This document shows, piece by piece, positions 38,388 through 47,976 of a stretch of 64,000 nucleotides of DNA (within the stretch, counting starts at the first letter, position 1; every line of letters starts with the position of its first letter). Source of the DNA: an uncultured virus (IMG/VR IMGVR_UViG_3300031841_005832) (lineage: Duplodnaviria; Heunggongvirae; Uroviricota; Caudoviricetes); IMG/VR virus record IMGVR_UViG_3300031841_005832. One strand, 5' to 3'. The translations under genes and the position numbers were made by a program. Below the pieces are notes generated by a model, which was not told the origin of the DNA, did not search any database, and was given only the letters and a program-made list of their open reading frames with translations.

Positions 38388-38969
38388 ATGAAAAAACCAT
38401 TGCACATACAGTTCAACGAATCAATGTCTGGCTTTTATAGTGAGCCGTTACAGTTTCACGTAAAGAACGGCGTTGGCGTTGACAAGAATATTTTTAGGCC
38501 CGGGTCAAAAGGTTTCTTCGATCTGTTCGTAGAAGTACGTAACCTTCACAACGAAGGCAAGTACATGCTCAACGAAAACGAAGAGTTCTACATACTTGAG
38601 ACTCGCATCGGTGAGTACGATAATTTTGAAGGCGAAGAAGTTCCTATTGATTTTCCTTTCATGATAGAAAACCTTGAAGAAGCCAAGTATAAAGGACGTG
38701 AAGTCAAGCTTGGAAAAAAAGGCGCTCAAAGAATCGGAAAAGGTCGAGGTCGTGTTTACGTTCGCGACAAGAAAACGGGTAAGGTGAAGAAGGTTGAATT
38801 CGGATCTGATATGCCTGATGCGATGGGAGACAGTGAAGAGGCTAAAAAGCGAAGAAAGAGTTTCGGTGACCGTCACAACTGCGCTGACAAAGACGACAAC
38901 ACAAAACCAGGGTACTGGTCATGTCGAGCAACTAAACTATTCGGTAGAAATGTAGCAGGGTGGTGGTGA
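38388..38969 (+). CDS. Conserved jumbo-phage protein (DUF6321-like C-terminus)
   Basis: EAKYKGREVKL...VYV...KKVEFG...RRKSF..RHNC...PGYWSCR. Confidence 0.7.
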   Translation: MKKPLHIQFNESMSGFYSEPLQFHVKNGVGVDKNIFRPGSKGFFDLFVEVRNLHNEGKYMLNENEEFYILETRIGEYDNFEGEEVPIDFPFMIENLEEAKYKGREVKLGKKGAQRIGKGRGRVYVRDKKTGKVKKVEFGSDMPDAMGDSEEAKKRRKSFGDRHNCADKDDNTKPGYWSCRATKLFGRNVAGWW

Positions 38970-39715
38970 TGAACAAGCTTTCAAAAAAGCAAGAAGAGAC
39001 TCTTAGAAAAATAATAAGAGAAGAAATACAAAAAGAAAAGCTTGAAGAAGGAGTAATGGACTGGCTTCAAGGAGGCTTGGATGTAGTTGGTCTCATACCC
39101 GGGATAGGAGAAGCTGCGGACGGAGTGAATGCAGCGATATCTTTAGCTAGAGGAAATCCCTTAGAAGCTGCGCTCTCTCTTGTGTCAATGATACCGGTTG
39201 CAGGAGATGCAGTCGGAAAAGGTGGAAAACTAGTGCTAAAGCTTCTTGACCCTGCAATGGATCTTATCAAGGCAGGCGGGAAAGCTGCTGACATTATCAA
39301 GAAGATCGGACCTGATAAGATTAAGAAGGCATCAGGTGCTCTTAATCTCGTAAAAGACACATTAGTTAAAAACAAGAGCAAGATACAAAAAGGATTCGAC
39401 GCAGTCAAGAAAGCAGATCTGGAATCTATAGAAAAGATTATAAACGTAAAAATACCGGACATAGCTCGATCAAAAGTAGAAAAAGAAATTAAGAAAGCTG
39501 CTGCAAAAATAGATGCTGACGCTATCGGAAACGTTATCAAGTTTTTAACAGACCTAGATGGTGATGAAGCCGCAGTGGCGAGTGAATCATATTCTCCTAG
39601 AGGGTATGAAAACTCTCTAAAGTCAATAAGTCCTCATGTCCTCGGGGAACAATATGTAAAGAGTGAACTAGAAGAACTATATGAATTCTTCTTGAAATCA
39701 GGAGAAGAGATATAA
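38969..39715 (+). CDS. Leader-motif protein with pre-toxin TG-like domain
   Basis: LRKIIREEIQKEKLEE then LDVVGLIPGIGEAADGVNAAISLARG...AALSLVSMIPVAGD. Confidence 0.75.
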   Translation: MNKLSKKQEETLRKIIREEIQKEKLEEGVMDWLQGGLDVVGLIPGIGEAADGVNAAISLARGNPLEAALSLVSMIPVAGDAVGKGGKLVLKLLDPAMDLIKAGGKAADIIKKIGPDKIKKASGALNLVKDTLVKNKSKIQKGFDAVKKADLESIEKIINVKIPDIARSKVEKEIKKAAAKIDADAIGNVIKFLTDLDGDEAAVASESYSPRGYENSLKSISPHVLGEQYVKSELEELYEFFLKSGEEI

Positions 39716-39716
39716 C

Positions 39717-40634
39717 ATGCTTCCTTTCAAAGAGAAGACATTAAGCGAAAACACAGTCCTTCGAGAATTTAAGAACACTTCTGTCACTGATGAACAGATG
39801 TGGCACAGAGATGCAGAAAACAGAACAGTCATAGTCTTGGAATCGGGTGGATGGTCTTTTCAAACTGACGACGCTCTTCCTGTTGTCCTTAGCGAGGGTG
39901 ATGAAATATTTATCCCGAAAGAAACATGGCATAGAGTCATCCAAGGCGAAGGAGTCTTAAAAGTGAAAGTCATAAAAGAGACACTAGAAGAATCAGAATT
40001 TTCATACATGGTTGCTCAAGCGGCTATGGATGGAAAGAAAGAAGTCAAGATAGGTGACAAAACTTACCCGGTCAAGATGTCAAAAGACAAAGCTAAAAAA
40101 ATCTTAGATGAAAAAGACGGGGTTGTAGAAGAATCTGATAAGCCACATCCTAAACAGTATGGAGCGCCGCAAGGGTCTAAAAGAGACAAGCAGCTCGACG
40201 CAACAAAGGCTGACCTCGCTAGCGGAGATCCTGAGCGAATAGCTCGAGCCTACAGAAGAAGAGACAGAATGGAAAAGAAAGCAAGGGAAAAGCCGGGCTA
40301 CAAAAACAAACCTAGGAAAGACACAAAAAAGGAATCTGCCATGAGAATGACAGAATCTCAACTTAGAGAGATGATTCGAAATGTACTCTCAGAAAAACTT
40401 AGCAAAAAGACAAAAGAAACTCTTAAGAAAAAAGCAGAAAAGAGAGGGTTAACTCCTGGTTCGGTCTACGCAGAGTTCAAAAAAGGGCTAGCAGCTTACG
40501 CAACGTCTGGATCTAGAAAAGGCATGACCGCTCACCAATGGGCACACGCTAGAGTTAATTCGGCAACGCCATCGAAGTCGTGGGCAGTTGTTAAGAAATC
40601 TAAAGCAAAGAAAAAGAAAAAGAAGAAGAAATAA
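39717..40634 (+). CDS. Modular protein: cupin plus small domains separated by leader-like motifs (DUF5824-like C-terminus)
   Basis: WHRD...IFIPKETWHRVI; MTESQLREMIRNVLSE; KGLAAYATSGSR..MTAHQWAHARVNS. Confidence 0.7.
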   Translation: MLPFKEKTLSENTVLREFKNTSVTDEQMWHRDAENRTVIVLESGGWSFQTDDALPVVLSEGDEIFIPKETWHRVIQGEGVLKVKVIKETLEESEFSYMVAQAAMDGKKEVKIGDKTYPVKMSKDKAKKILDEKDGVVEESDKPHPKQYGAPQGSKRDKQLDATKADLASGDPERIARAYRRRDRMEKKAREKPGYKNKPRKDTKKESAMRMTESQLREMIRNVLSEKLSKKTKETLKKKAEKRGLTPGSVYAEFKKGLAAYATSGSRKGMTAHQWAHARVNSATPSKSWAVVKKSKAKKKKKKKK

Positions 40635-41146
40635 TGACAGACAATATCACAGAGCACTGCGGCTGTCCTATTAAGGGCAAACTTAGACCCATATTCTTGG
40701 AGTACATTGGTACAACTCGTGCCCTTCACCTCTGGTTTCATGGCGCGCACCACGTAACTCGAGGAACAGGTTTTATCGGTGACCACATTCACTTGTACGG
40801 CAAGATCTACGAGAAGATCCAAGATGATATCGACATCGTGATCGAAAAGGCTGTATCTATTTTGGAAGATGAATCGGTTGCATGCCCAGCGAAAATCTGT
40901 GAAATCGCTTGTGATATACTGAATGAATACCCATCTCCTTCACAGCACACTGCACTGGCGATTGCTGCACACGGCAAGACCTTGATGGTTTCATATCTCA
41001 AGATGTTAGATGCGATGTTTAAAGAGATTCAAGCAACTGATGCGATGACATTGGGACTTGAGGACCACATCTCAACTACGTGTAACGAATACGAATCTTT
41101 CGTTTATCTCTTGCAGCAAAGAGAAAAGTCAGAACTAGAAAACTAG
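40634..41146 (+). CDS. Dps/ferritin-like four-helix bundle protein
   Basis: HGAHH..RG.GF..DH..LY..IYE...DID...EK. Confidence 0.75.
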   Translation: MTDNITEHCGCPIKGKLRPIFLEYIGTTRALHLWFHGAHHVTRGTGFIGDHIHLYGKIYEKIQDDIDIVIEKAVSILEDESVACPAKICEIACDILNEYPSPSQHTALAIAAHGKTLMVSYLKMLDAMFKEIQATDAMTLGLEDHISTTCNEYESFVYLLQQREKSELEN

Positions 41147-43209
41147 TAACACATCCTACTGTCTTCCCAGCTCGCCTTGTAGGTCTTGGGTGGTAAACTC
41201 ATGACTGACATCTTCAACCAATCATTCACGATCGCTGCTTGTTCTTCACCTCTAGGTAAACACGCTTCGTCGATGATGGACATCAGATCATTGTACATGT
41301 TGTTTGCGTTTGCTGTGAGTACAAACCTTCTTCCTCCGCCCGCAAGTATGTAATCTTCCCATCGATTACCTTCCCATCCTGGATCTACAAAACCGTACAG
41401 TTTGAAATCTATTGCCGCACGCAAAGCGGGTAGAAGTAACTCAGGAGTTGTGGGTGGTAACCAATAAGATTGTGGTCCTTCATCTGTAAAGAGAACTATG
41501 ATTCTAGCAGAATCTTCTCTCCAGGTGATAGTGAAGTTTTCTTTCAAGGGATCGGATCCTGTGTTTCCTCTCCAGAGAGTTGCGTTCACATCGATGTTTG
41601 CCGCACCTGTGATGTTCTGAATGGAAAGGTATAACGCATCCTTCAACATCTCGCTTCCTGTATCCATACCTTCATTCCCTAACTGAGAGAATGCGCGCAA
41701 GAACTCGTCGAAGGGTGAGATATCAATAACCTTCACTAACAATTCAGTACTTCCAAAGGGACCCGATTCTTTTGGACCGATGATTAAACCCCATTGTAAC
41801 GCTTCTTCTGCAGCGAACTGTTGCGCGAATTGATTGAGGGCGATTCTTACAGCAGCGATTTCTTCGTCCATCGATCCTGACCAATCCACCACGAACAAGA
41901 TATCGGTATCCCTAATCTCTTCTCCGTAATCCACTTCACCATCACAATCGTTGTCCGCACCATCACAGATCTCGTCCTGTGGTAGAACTTCATTCGCGCA
42001 TAACCCAGGACGAAACTCTCCGTTCATGTCGTTACCCCACACACCTAGATTACAATACGCTTCGCCGGGAACGCACACACCCACAAACAGAGTATCAGGA
42101 TCACCGGTATAACAAGGTTGGGTCAGGTTTTCGTCAAGTAACTGGTCACAATCTTCATCAAACGCGTTACATTCCTCTTGCTGAACTGCCAAACCTACGC
42201 GTGGATCACAATCCTCCGGAGGGCCGATTGGAACGTATTCACAGAGTGCCGCACATTGGGTCATGCGGAATTCAGTACAGGTGGGATCAGTACACTCACA
42301 AGTCTTGAATCCTTGGCCGCACAGAAGCGGAGGTTCGTTGCAGGGCTGTAGGTTTCCAACATCTTGAATTGTACATAAACACTCAAGCTGCTCATCAACG
42401 TTACCATCACAATCGTTGTCGATTCCATCACAAATTTCTTCTGCGGGCTGAGTTGCGGAACAAGATCTATACGCGCCATCGAGACAAGTTTCGATTCCTC
42501 TTTCGCATGCAGTTACACACTCACGTACGAGTTCTTCATCCACAGTTCCGTCACAATCATCATCGAATCCGTTACACACATCAGAGGGGACAGGACCGCA
42601 AACACCACAAACGTTTGTTTGACCTTCATCGACATTTCCATCGCAATCATCGTCCTTATAGTTACACCTCTCCTCGCCCGGTTCACATACAACGCATTCA
42701 CCGTACTGGATGTTACCTTTTGTACACAGGATCTCTTGTGTTCCTTGTTGACCTTCAATCTCGCACTGAACCGTTATTGTTATGTCATTGTCTAAATTTG
42801 GAGGACATTCTTGAATCGAACGGCAATCGGATCTAGACAGGATCTCATTCGGAGGACAGTTAAGATTCACAGCGCGATCACAGATCTCTAAGTTATCATC
42901 GCAAATGTTCATCACAACTTCCGCACCATTCACGTTCAAACCGTTCGGTGGACAATACCACACCTGAACCTGACAACACTGGGGTTCACATTCGCAGAAG
43001 TACTCGCTAGAACTGGTTACGTTCTCGCAAGGATCTACATACGCATCAGGTGGAATGAATGGAATGACGGGAATGTCAGGTAGGTCAGGTGAAAGGACAG
43101 CATCTATAACAACTCTCGAACCAGAATCGGGTGATCCCCTTCCTGATGTGGAAGAATCCTCGCAGCCTGATAATAAAACGAATACGGACACTATGATTAT
43201 GTACTTCAT
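41143..43209 (-). CDS. Lipoprotein with Cys-rich CDGxDNDCDG repeats and C-terminal vWA domain (Myxococcota type)
   Basis: Lipobox LSGC; five ExCxxxDxDCDxxxD-type repeats; DILFVVDWSGSM, FTDE. Confidence 0.85.
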   Translation of the reverse strand: MKYIIIVSVFVLLSGCEDSSTSGRGSPDSGSRVVIDAVLSPDLPDIPVIPFIPPDAYVDPCENVTSSSEYFCECEPQCCQVQVWYCPPNGLNVNGAEVVMNICDDNLEICDRAVNLNCPPNEILSRSDCRSIQECPPNLDNDITITVQCEIEGQQGTQEILCTKGNIQYGECVVCEPGEERCNYKDDDCDGNVDEGQTNVCGVCGPVPSDVCNGFDDDCDGTVDEELVRECVTACERGIETCLDGAYRSCSATQPAEEICDGIDNDCDGNVDEQLECLCTIQDVGNLQPCNEPPLLCGQGFKTCECTDPTCTEFRMTQCAALCEYVPIGPPEDCDPRVGLAVQQEECNAFDEDCDQLLDENLTQPCYTGDPDTLFVGVCVPGEAYCNLGVWGNDMNGEFRPGLCANEVLPQDEICDGADNDCDGEVDYGEEIRDTDILFVVDWSGSMDEEIAAVRIALNQFAQQFAAEEALQWGLIIGPKESGPFGSTELLVKVIDISPFDEFLRAFSQLGNEGMDTGSEMLKDALYLSIQNITGAANIDVNATLWRGNTGSDPLKENFTITWREDSARIIVLFTDEGPQSYWLPPTTPELLLPALRAAIDFKLYGFVDPGWEGNRWEDYILAGGGRRFVLTANANNMYNDLMSIIDEACLPRGEEQAAIVNDWLKMSVMSLPPKTYKASWEDSRMCY

Positions 43210-43242
43210 AGTGCCAGTATAAAAACGTTTAGTTAAATGTAT

Positions 43243-43899
43243 TTATTGGATTTCGCCGGTGTGTTTCTTTATCTTGTACTCAAGGTAGTGTTTTACCTTG
43301 CCCACACAAGCACGTGCAACTGCGATCTTGTAGTGACACCACTGAGGCAGATCGTCATCATCGTCGAGAAGATCGTGGAGTTCCTTGCTGTACGCGCTTA
43401 ATTCGTACAACGCCTGACGTGCCATTTTACCTTCTCGGGAATCACTCTTCGTGTGACCGTAATCTAACATGCGGCCATCACCTTCGTCACGATCTGCGTG
43501 ATCATGCTTGTCCTCGTGTGATTCTGCTGGCTTGTCTTCCATGTCCATGATATCTTCGAGTTCAAAATCGGCGATCTCAGTGAGAACGTTCTCTTTGCCA
43601 GAAACACTTTCAGGAATCGGATGGGTACGTGTCATCGAACCGTAGGAATCACGGCTTTCTGGCTTGTAGGTCATCAATCCTTGCTGTGAGTGCCGCTGAA
43701 TCTCTGTTTGTACGTGAACTCGGACCTTTTCCGCAAGGAGGTGATCCAGTTCATGTTCACTCATGAGTTCCTCAGTTGTGAGTGCCGCAATCTCTTCCAG
43801 TTCGGAAGGATGTAACTTTGCCTGTGATAAACACTTTGCGATCGCAACTTCAAGAGTTGCAGCCGCTTCTTTAAGAATTCTTCTGTTGGTTGTTGTCAT
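43243..43899 (-). CDS. Hypothetical (likely virion) protein
   Basis: EGKMARQAL...LPQWCHYKIAVA...HYLEY; ATAATTA upstream. Confidence 0.6.
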   Translation of the reverse strand: MTTTNRRILKEAAATLEVAIAKCLSQAKLHPSELEEIAALTTEELMSEHELDHLLAEKVRVHVQTEIQRHSQQGLMTYKPESRDSYGSMTRTHPIPESVSGKENVLTEIADFELEDIMDMEDKPAESHEDKHDHADRDEGDGRMLDYGHTKSDSREGKMARQALYELSAYSKELHDLLDDDDDLPQWCHYKIAVARACVGKVKHYLEYKIKKHTGEIQ

Positions 43900-43941
43900 A
43901 TTAAACCTCACTCTTCTTTAATTATTTTCTTCCCGAGTGTT

Positions 43942-45165
43942 TTATCTATCGTTTCGAAAACAAACGAAGGTTGGGAAGCGAAGAGATCCATCGGGAGTTA
44001 CTTCTTGATATCGAACCTCAATCATTCTACCCACAAAATCATCAGGGTTGTTCCAAACGGTTTCTCGGAGTTCATCAGAGAACCCAGAACCAACTTGTAC
44101 ATCAACCCCATTGAAAACTACCTGTACAGATCCGAGTTTCCCAGAATGTCTTCCTGTACCCTCTAACAGTTTTTCTATTTTGAGGTCCACATCGTGGAAC
44201 GCTTTGAGTTTCATGATCTCGTATCCGCGGCCGAACTTGTATGGCGCGCTGAGATCTTTGACCATCGCACCTTCGAATCCATCTGCAACAAAATCATCGT
44301 GTAGTTTCTTGATCTCGGCGTAATCGGTACTCGTGGTCCAGCGCGAAACGATCTGTAGGTACTTTTCTTCTCCCGTCAAAAATGACTTGAGGGAATCGTA
44401 TCTTTCCTCACACGTAAGTTTCGCCTCTCGGGTTTCCCATTCTTCGGGCGGCAGATAATCAAACAGCGCGAGATAAGTTCCCTCAGTTTCCACGTTCTCT
44501 TTTCGATACGCTTGCCGCATGAGGGAAACGAAATCCTCGCCCATGATCTCGCCATCGTAACACCCATCAGGTAGTTTCGAGAGTTCCACACCAATTGTAC
44601 TATCAAAGTTCGTGATCAGTTTACCTGAACGTGCGTAGAGAAGTGTTGTATCACCTTCCACCACCGCGAAACACCGGATTCCATCGAGTTTCGGTTCCAC
44701 ACCTACCCGTTCTTGTCCCTTTAACCTTTTCTCCTCAAACTTTTGTGCGAGGGAAACCTCAAAGGTTGGAATCAACCCAGGAAACACCTTGTTCACCGAT
44801 TTCACAGATGCGCCAATCGCCATGTGTTTCTTCAGGATCTTACGCATCCACTTCTCATCTTCGGCATCCACCAAAGAAAAACAATCGTGAAGAAGTTCGA
44901 TCGCTGCGTTACCGGTCACTTCTCTACTCGCGCACATATCTGCAGCGTTGAAGAACGTTTCCCATGCAGCAGATTCGACAAACGGTTTCTCGGATCTTTC
45001 TTTTACACGCGGAACCTTTACCACATTAAACGGCATGAATGGATCCATACCGTAACGTAGAGCGCGTTGCAGCAGCTCGTTATTCCCATGTGATGATAAG
45101 ATATCACGCTTAGCGTTTGTACTGCCGATCGATGCGATCTCAGTTAGAATCTCTCTGATTTTCAT
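43942..45165 (-). CDS. ATP-dependent DNA ligase
   Basis: EPKLDGIR, DGEI, FD, EGAMVK, KLK, VGSGFSD, SLRFP. Confidence 0.95.
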   Translation of the reverse strand: MKIREILTEIASIGSTNAKRDILSSHGNNELLQRALRYGMDPFMPFNVVKVPRVKERSEKPFVESAAWETFFNAADMCASREVTGNAAIELLHDCFSLVDAEDEKWMRKILKKHMAIGASVKSVNKVFPGLIPTFEVSLAQKFEEKRLKGQERVGVEPKLDGIRCFAVVEGDTTLLYARSGKLITNFDSTIGVELSKLPDGCYDGEIMGEDFVSLMRQAYRKENVETEGTYLALFDYLPPEEWETREAKLTCEERYDSLKSFLTGEEKYLQIVSRWTTSTDYAEIKKLHDDFVADGFEGAMVKDLSAPYKFGRGYEIMKLKAFHDVDLKIEKLLEGTGRHSGKLGSVQVVFNGVDVQVGSGFSDELRETVWNNPDDFVGRMIEVRYQEVTPDGSLRFPTFVCFRNDR

Positions 45166-45186
45166 TGGAACCTCTCGAAAGTTGAA

Positions 45187-45786
45187 TTATTTCTTACGGC
45201 GTTTACGAGTTTTTCTTTTTGGTGTGGAGTTTCGGGTTCTTTCCGCTTTGAGAATCGCTTGTTTCTTAAGCGAGATTTTTCTCAATTTACGGGTAACCAT
45301 GTTTCTAGTTGCGCCCTCAAGCCTGTGAATAAACAGCTTGCCGAGGAGGTGATCAGTTTCGTGTTGAACCGAAGCGGCCTCAGAACCTTCTAGAACTGCT
45401 TCTAAGGGATCGCCGGCGGTGTTTCTATAGGTTAACCTTATTTTACCGTACCTGTTCACACTGGCTGTGATTTCGTCCACGGATAAACACGCTTCTTCCC
45501 ATCTGTAATCTTTATCTGAGAGGTGTTCGATCTCAGGATTTCCGAAGAAAACCACATCGGGTACGTTAGGATCGACCGGAAGCGAGGGAACGTAATCGGC
45601 TGTTAGGACACAACCTGCAAGCGTTTCACCAATCTGAGTTCCGGCCAATCCCACACCATGGTTTACCTTCATGGTATCACGCAAATCAACGGCCAGTTGG
45701 ACCACAGTTTCGTCGAAAGATTCGATGGGTTCTGAGGACCTGAGGAGGGATGGGTTCGGCCATTTTACCAATCTGCGTGCAACCAT
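45187..45786 (-). CDS. def: Peptide deformylase
   Basis: GVGLAGTQIG, EACLS, QHETDHL.G. Confidence 0.93.
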   Translation of the reverse strand: MVARRLVKWPNPSLLRSSEPIESFDETVVQLAVDLRDTMKVNHGVGLAGTQIGETLAGCVLTADYVPSLPVDPNVPDVVFFGNPEIEHLSDKDYRWEEACLSVDEITASVNRYGKIRLTYRNTAGDPLEAVLEGSEAASVQHETDHLLGKLFIHRLEGATRNMVTRKLRKISLKKQAILKAERTRNSTPKRKTRKRRKK

Positions 45787-46035
45787 CTAGTCAACGTGCT
45801 CCAGACACATGACCTTTTCAAGAATCATCATACTCTGGTCAAAATCCTGTTTCTCATCAGGCTTGACCTTTGAGATGATCTTTACAGCGCGCAATGCGGA
45901 TTGAAACGCCTTCGGATCGATACGGTCCTTGAATTCTGCAAGCAACTGCTTCTTGTCATCTTGAAGGAGTTTAATCTCAGATTCAACTCGCATGTATCTT
46001 TCAAAAAGTTCCTGAATGTCTTGATTAGTTGCCAT
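45787..46035 (-). CDS. GapR/T4 DsbA-like dsDNA-binding protein
   Basis: FERYMRVESEIKLLQDDKKQLLAEFK..IDPKAF..ALR pattern. Confidence 0.6.
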   Translation of the reverse strand: MATNQDIQELFERYMRVESEIKLLQDDKKQLLAEFKDRIDPKAFQSALRAVKIISKVKPDEKQDFDQSMMILEKVMCLEHVD

Positions 46036-46222
46036 TTTTTCTCCTTAAATTTTTGGAACTAAAATTAACTGTTCATCTACGAGAACGACCATATGATTAT
46101 CGTTCTCAACTCTGTTTCCAACAAACAAACCTAACGTTTCCAGTGAGATTCGCTTTATTTCGTTCTTGTCAACCATCATATAATTTCCAGGCGGAATGGT
46201 CAATAATTCTTTCACAACAGAA

Positions 46223-46642
46223 CTATTTCTTTTCTGGTTTGATGATTTTTCTGAAATACTGCTTTTTCTCATCTTTAGTCTCGACGGTCTGTTCTTGACT
46301 TGCCTCCTGAACTGGCTCTTCCTTCTTCTTAGGAGTTGCTTTTCTACGAGTTCTAGTCGTTTTCGTTGTCTTTGACGGAGATGTTTTTCTGGTAGACCTA
46401 GATCTTGTCGCAGCACCTTTCTTCGAAGGTCGGCTAGAAGCTTTCGAAGCTTGAGCTTTTTCAGCAACCTGTGGTGTGGCAGGAGCCTCGGGCGGCTCTA
46501 TGGCCTCCTTAATGCTGTCAGCTGAAGGTGGTTCAAGACCTAGTCTTGCAAACTTTTCTATCGCAGACTTTAAATCAGAGCAGTCAGAAAGAAAACTTTC
46601 CAGCGTGACTCTTTTTCTTCTAGAATAAAAATCCCATCTCAT
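46223..46642 (-). CDS. Protein with basic histone-like tail
   Basis: K/R/S/T-rich C-terminal half. Confidence 0.6.
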   Translation of the reverse strand: MRWDFYSRRKRVTLESFLSDCSDLKSAIEKFARLGLEPPSADSIKEAIEPPEAPATPQVAEKAQASKASSRPSKKGAATRSRSTRKTSPSKTTKTTRTRRKATPKKKEEPVQEASQEQTVETKDEKKQYFRKIIKPEKK

Positions 46643-46938
46643 CGCAGTCTAACATTCCTATTAAGGGTTTCTAAAATTTCAGCGACTCCAGACTGGAATC
46701 TTGGATCCTTCGCAGTGACCTGTAAGTCGTCTTGATTTTCGGAAAGACCGTGCATCTTATGAACAGGTTTTGCTATTTTTCTTAGGGCACCTAGAAAGAC
46801 GTTTCGTGCAGTCGCATGATTCATCTTGTGCCCGGACTTAGTCATGGTTTCTGCGATCGTTCTGTAGTCAGCACCGGATTCGAATTCCGTCACTGTTGCA
46901 TAACCATTCTTTGATTTAAAACCTTTTGGCATCGGCAT
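46639..46938 (-). CDS. Stand-alone sigma region-4.2-like HTH protein
   Basis: DYRTIAETM...HATARNVFLGALRKIAK; own GAGGAGG SD inside the sigma gene end. Confidence 0.6.
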   Translation of the reverse strand: MPMPKGFKSKNGYATVTEFESGADYRTIAETMTKSGHKMNHATARNVFLGALRKIAKPVHKMHGLSENQDDLQVTAKDPRFQSGVAEILETLNRNVRLR

Positions 46939-46939
46939 C

Positions 46940-47656
46940 TTATTTTACCTCCTCGTTTAACTCTTCTGTTAGACCAAACCTAAGTCGTAAGACTGTTTCC
47001 TCCCTTGGAGAGAGATTACCTAGCGCTGATCTGATTGCCTTTTCAAGCTTTTGATGATCTAGAATTTCATCGACTTTATCATTACTTCTGTCCACGAGAA
47101 CTTCGTGCATAGTTCTTCCTGATTCGTCTGAACTATAGACCGAAGCATCAAACGCTACAGGAGTAGCTGCGCTCTTTATAAGAGCCTGCAGAGTTTCTGG
47201 ACTCGTACCAAGGAGTTCTGCGACTTCTTTCTGGGAAGGCTCGGTTCCAAATTCTTTCCTGTACTCTTCGATAACTTCTTTCATCTTGTACAGTGTTCCT
47301 CTGGCATAAGAAGGAAGCTTTATGGCCCCTGACTGAGCTGCTACGTGTTGACGGACTGCCTGCTTTATCCACCAGCAAGCGTATGTAGAGAACTTAAATC
47401 CCTTTCGCCAGTCAAAACGATCAACTGCCTTGATAAGACCCAAAGAGGATTCTTGAATTAGATCTTCAAGATCAACACCCTTCTTTGAATAATTCTTAGC
47501 AATACTTATTGCAAGCCTTATGTTAGCTCTTATCATCTTGTCTCGAGCTTTTTGGTCTCCAAGTTCAATCCTCTTCGAAAGTTCAACTTCTTCCTCTCGA
47601 GTCAGAAGATCTGTTTGACCAACAGACTTGAAAAAACTTTGCATATTGCCGGCCAT
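46940..47656 (-). CDS. Sigma-70 family factor (regions 1.2-4.1; region 4.2 missing)
   Basis: LLTREEEVEL, NIRLAISIAK, DLIQE..LGLIKAVDRFD..KGFKFSTYACWWIKQA, ends LSPREETVLRLRFGL+9 aa. Confidence 0.93.
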   Translation of the reverse strand: MAGNMQSFFKSVGQTDLLTREEEVELSKRIELGDQKARDKMIRANIRLAISIAKNYSKKGVDLEDLIQESSLGLIKAVDRFDWRKGFKFSTYACWWIKQAVRQHVAAQSGAIKLPSYARGTLYKMKEVIEEYRKEFGTEPSQKEVAELLGTSPETLQALIKSAATPVAFDASVYSSDESGRTMHEVLVDRSNDKVDEILDHQKLEKAIRSALGNLSPREETVLRLRFGLTEELNEEVK

Positions 47657-47678
47657 ATAGCCTCCTTTGCTAGTGCTG

Positions 47679-47891
47679 TTATTGACGTCTTGTGTTCTTG
47701 TATCTCATTTGCTTTTCATGGTCTAGATAACAATACTCTGTCTCAAAGGGTAATGTATCTTTACCAGAAGCGTGAGCCTCTTTTATCATTCTTCTGAACT
47801 TCATGATCTGTTGATACAGCTCTTGTTGAGACATTTGTCTCAATTCTTCAAAAGTAAAAGGAGTAAAATCAAAATCAAACTTCTTGCCCAT
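47679..47891 (-). CDS. Small hypothetical protein
   Basis: AGGAG SD; first gene after a promoter. Confidence 0.65.
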   Translation of the reverse strand: MGKKFDFDFTPFTFEELRQMSQQELYQQIMKFRRMIKEAHASGKDTLPFETEYCYLDHEKQMRYKNTRRQ

Positions 47892-47938
47892 AGTGTTTCT
47901 CCTGTTTAAAGCTTGGCAAGCCTGTTGTTTATGTTTCT

Positions 47939-47967
47939 ATTATAACAAACAAAGAAAAGATTTGCAC
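47939..47967 (-). promoter_or_regulatory. Promoter GTGCAA-N17-TATAAT driving the sigma operon
   Basis: Exact match. Confidence 0.8.
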
Positions 47968-47976
47968 TTTTTTATT

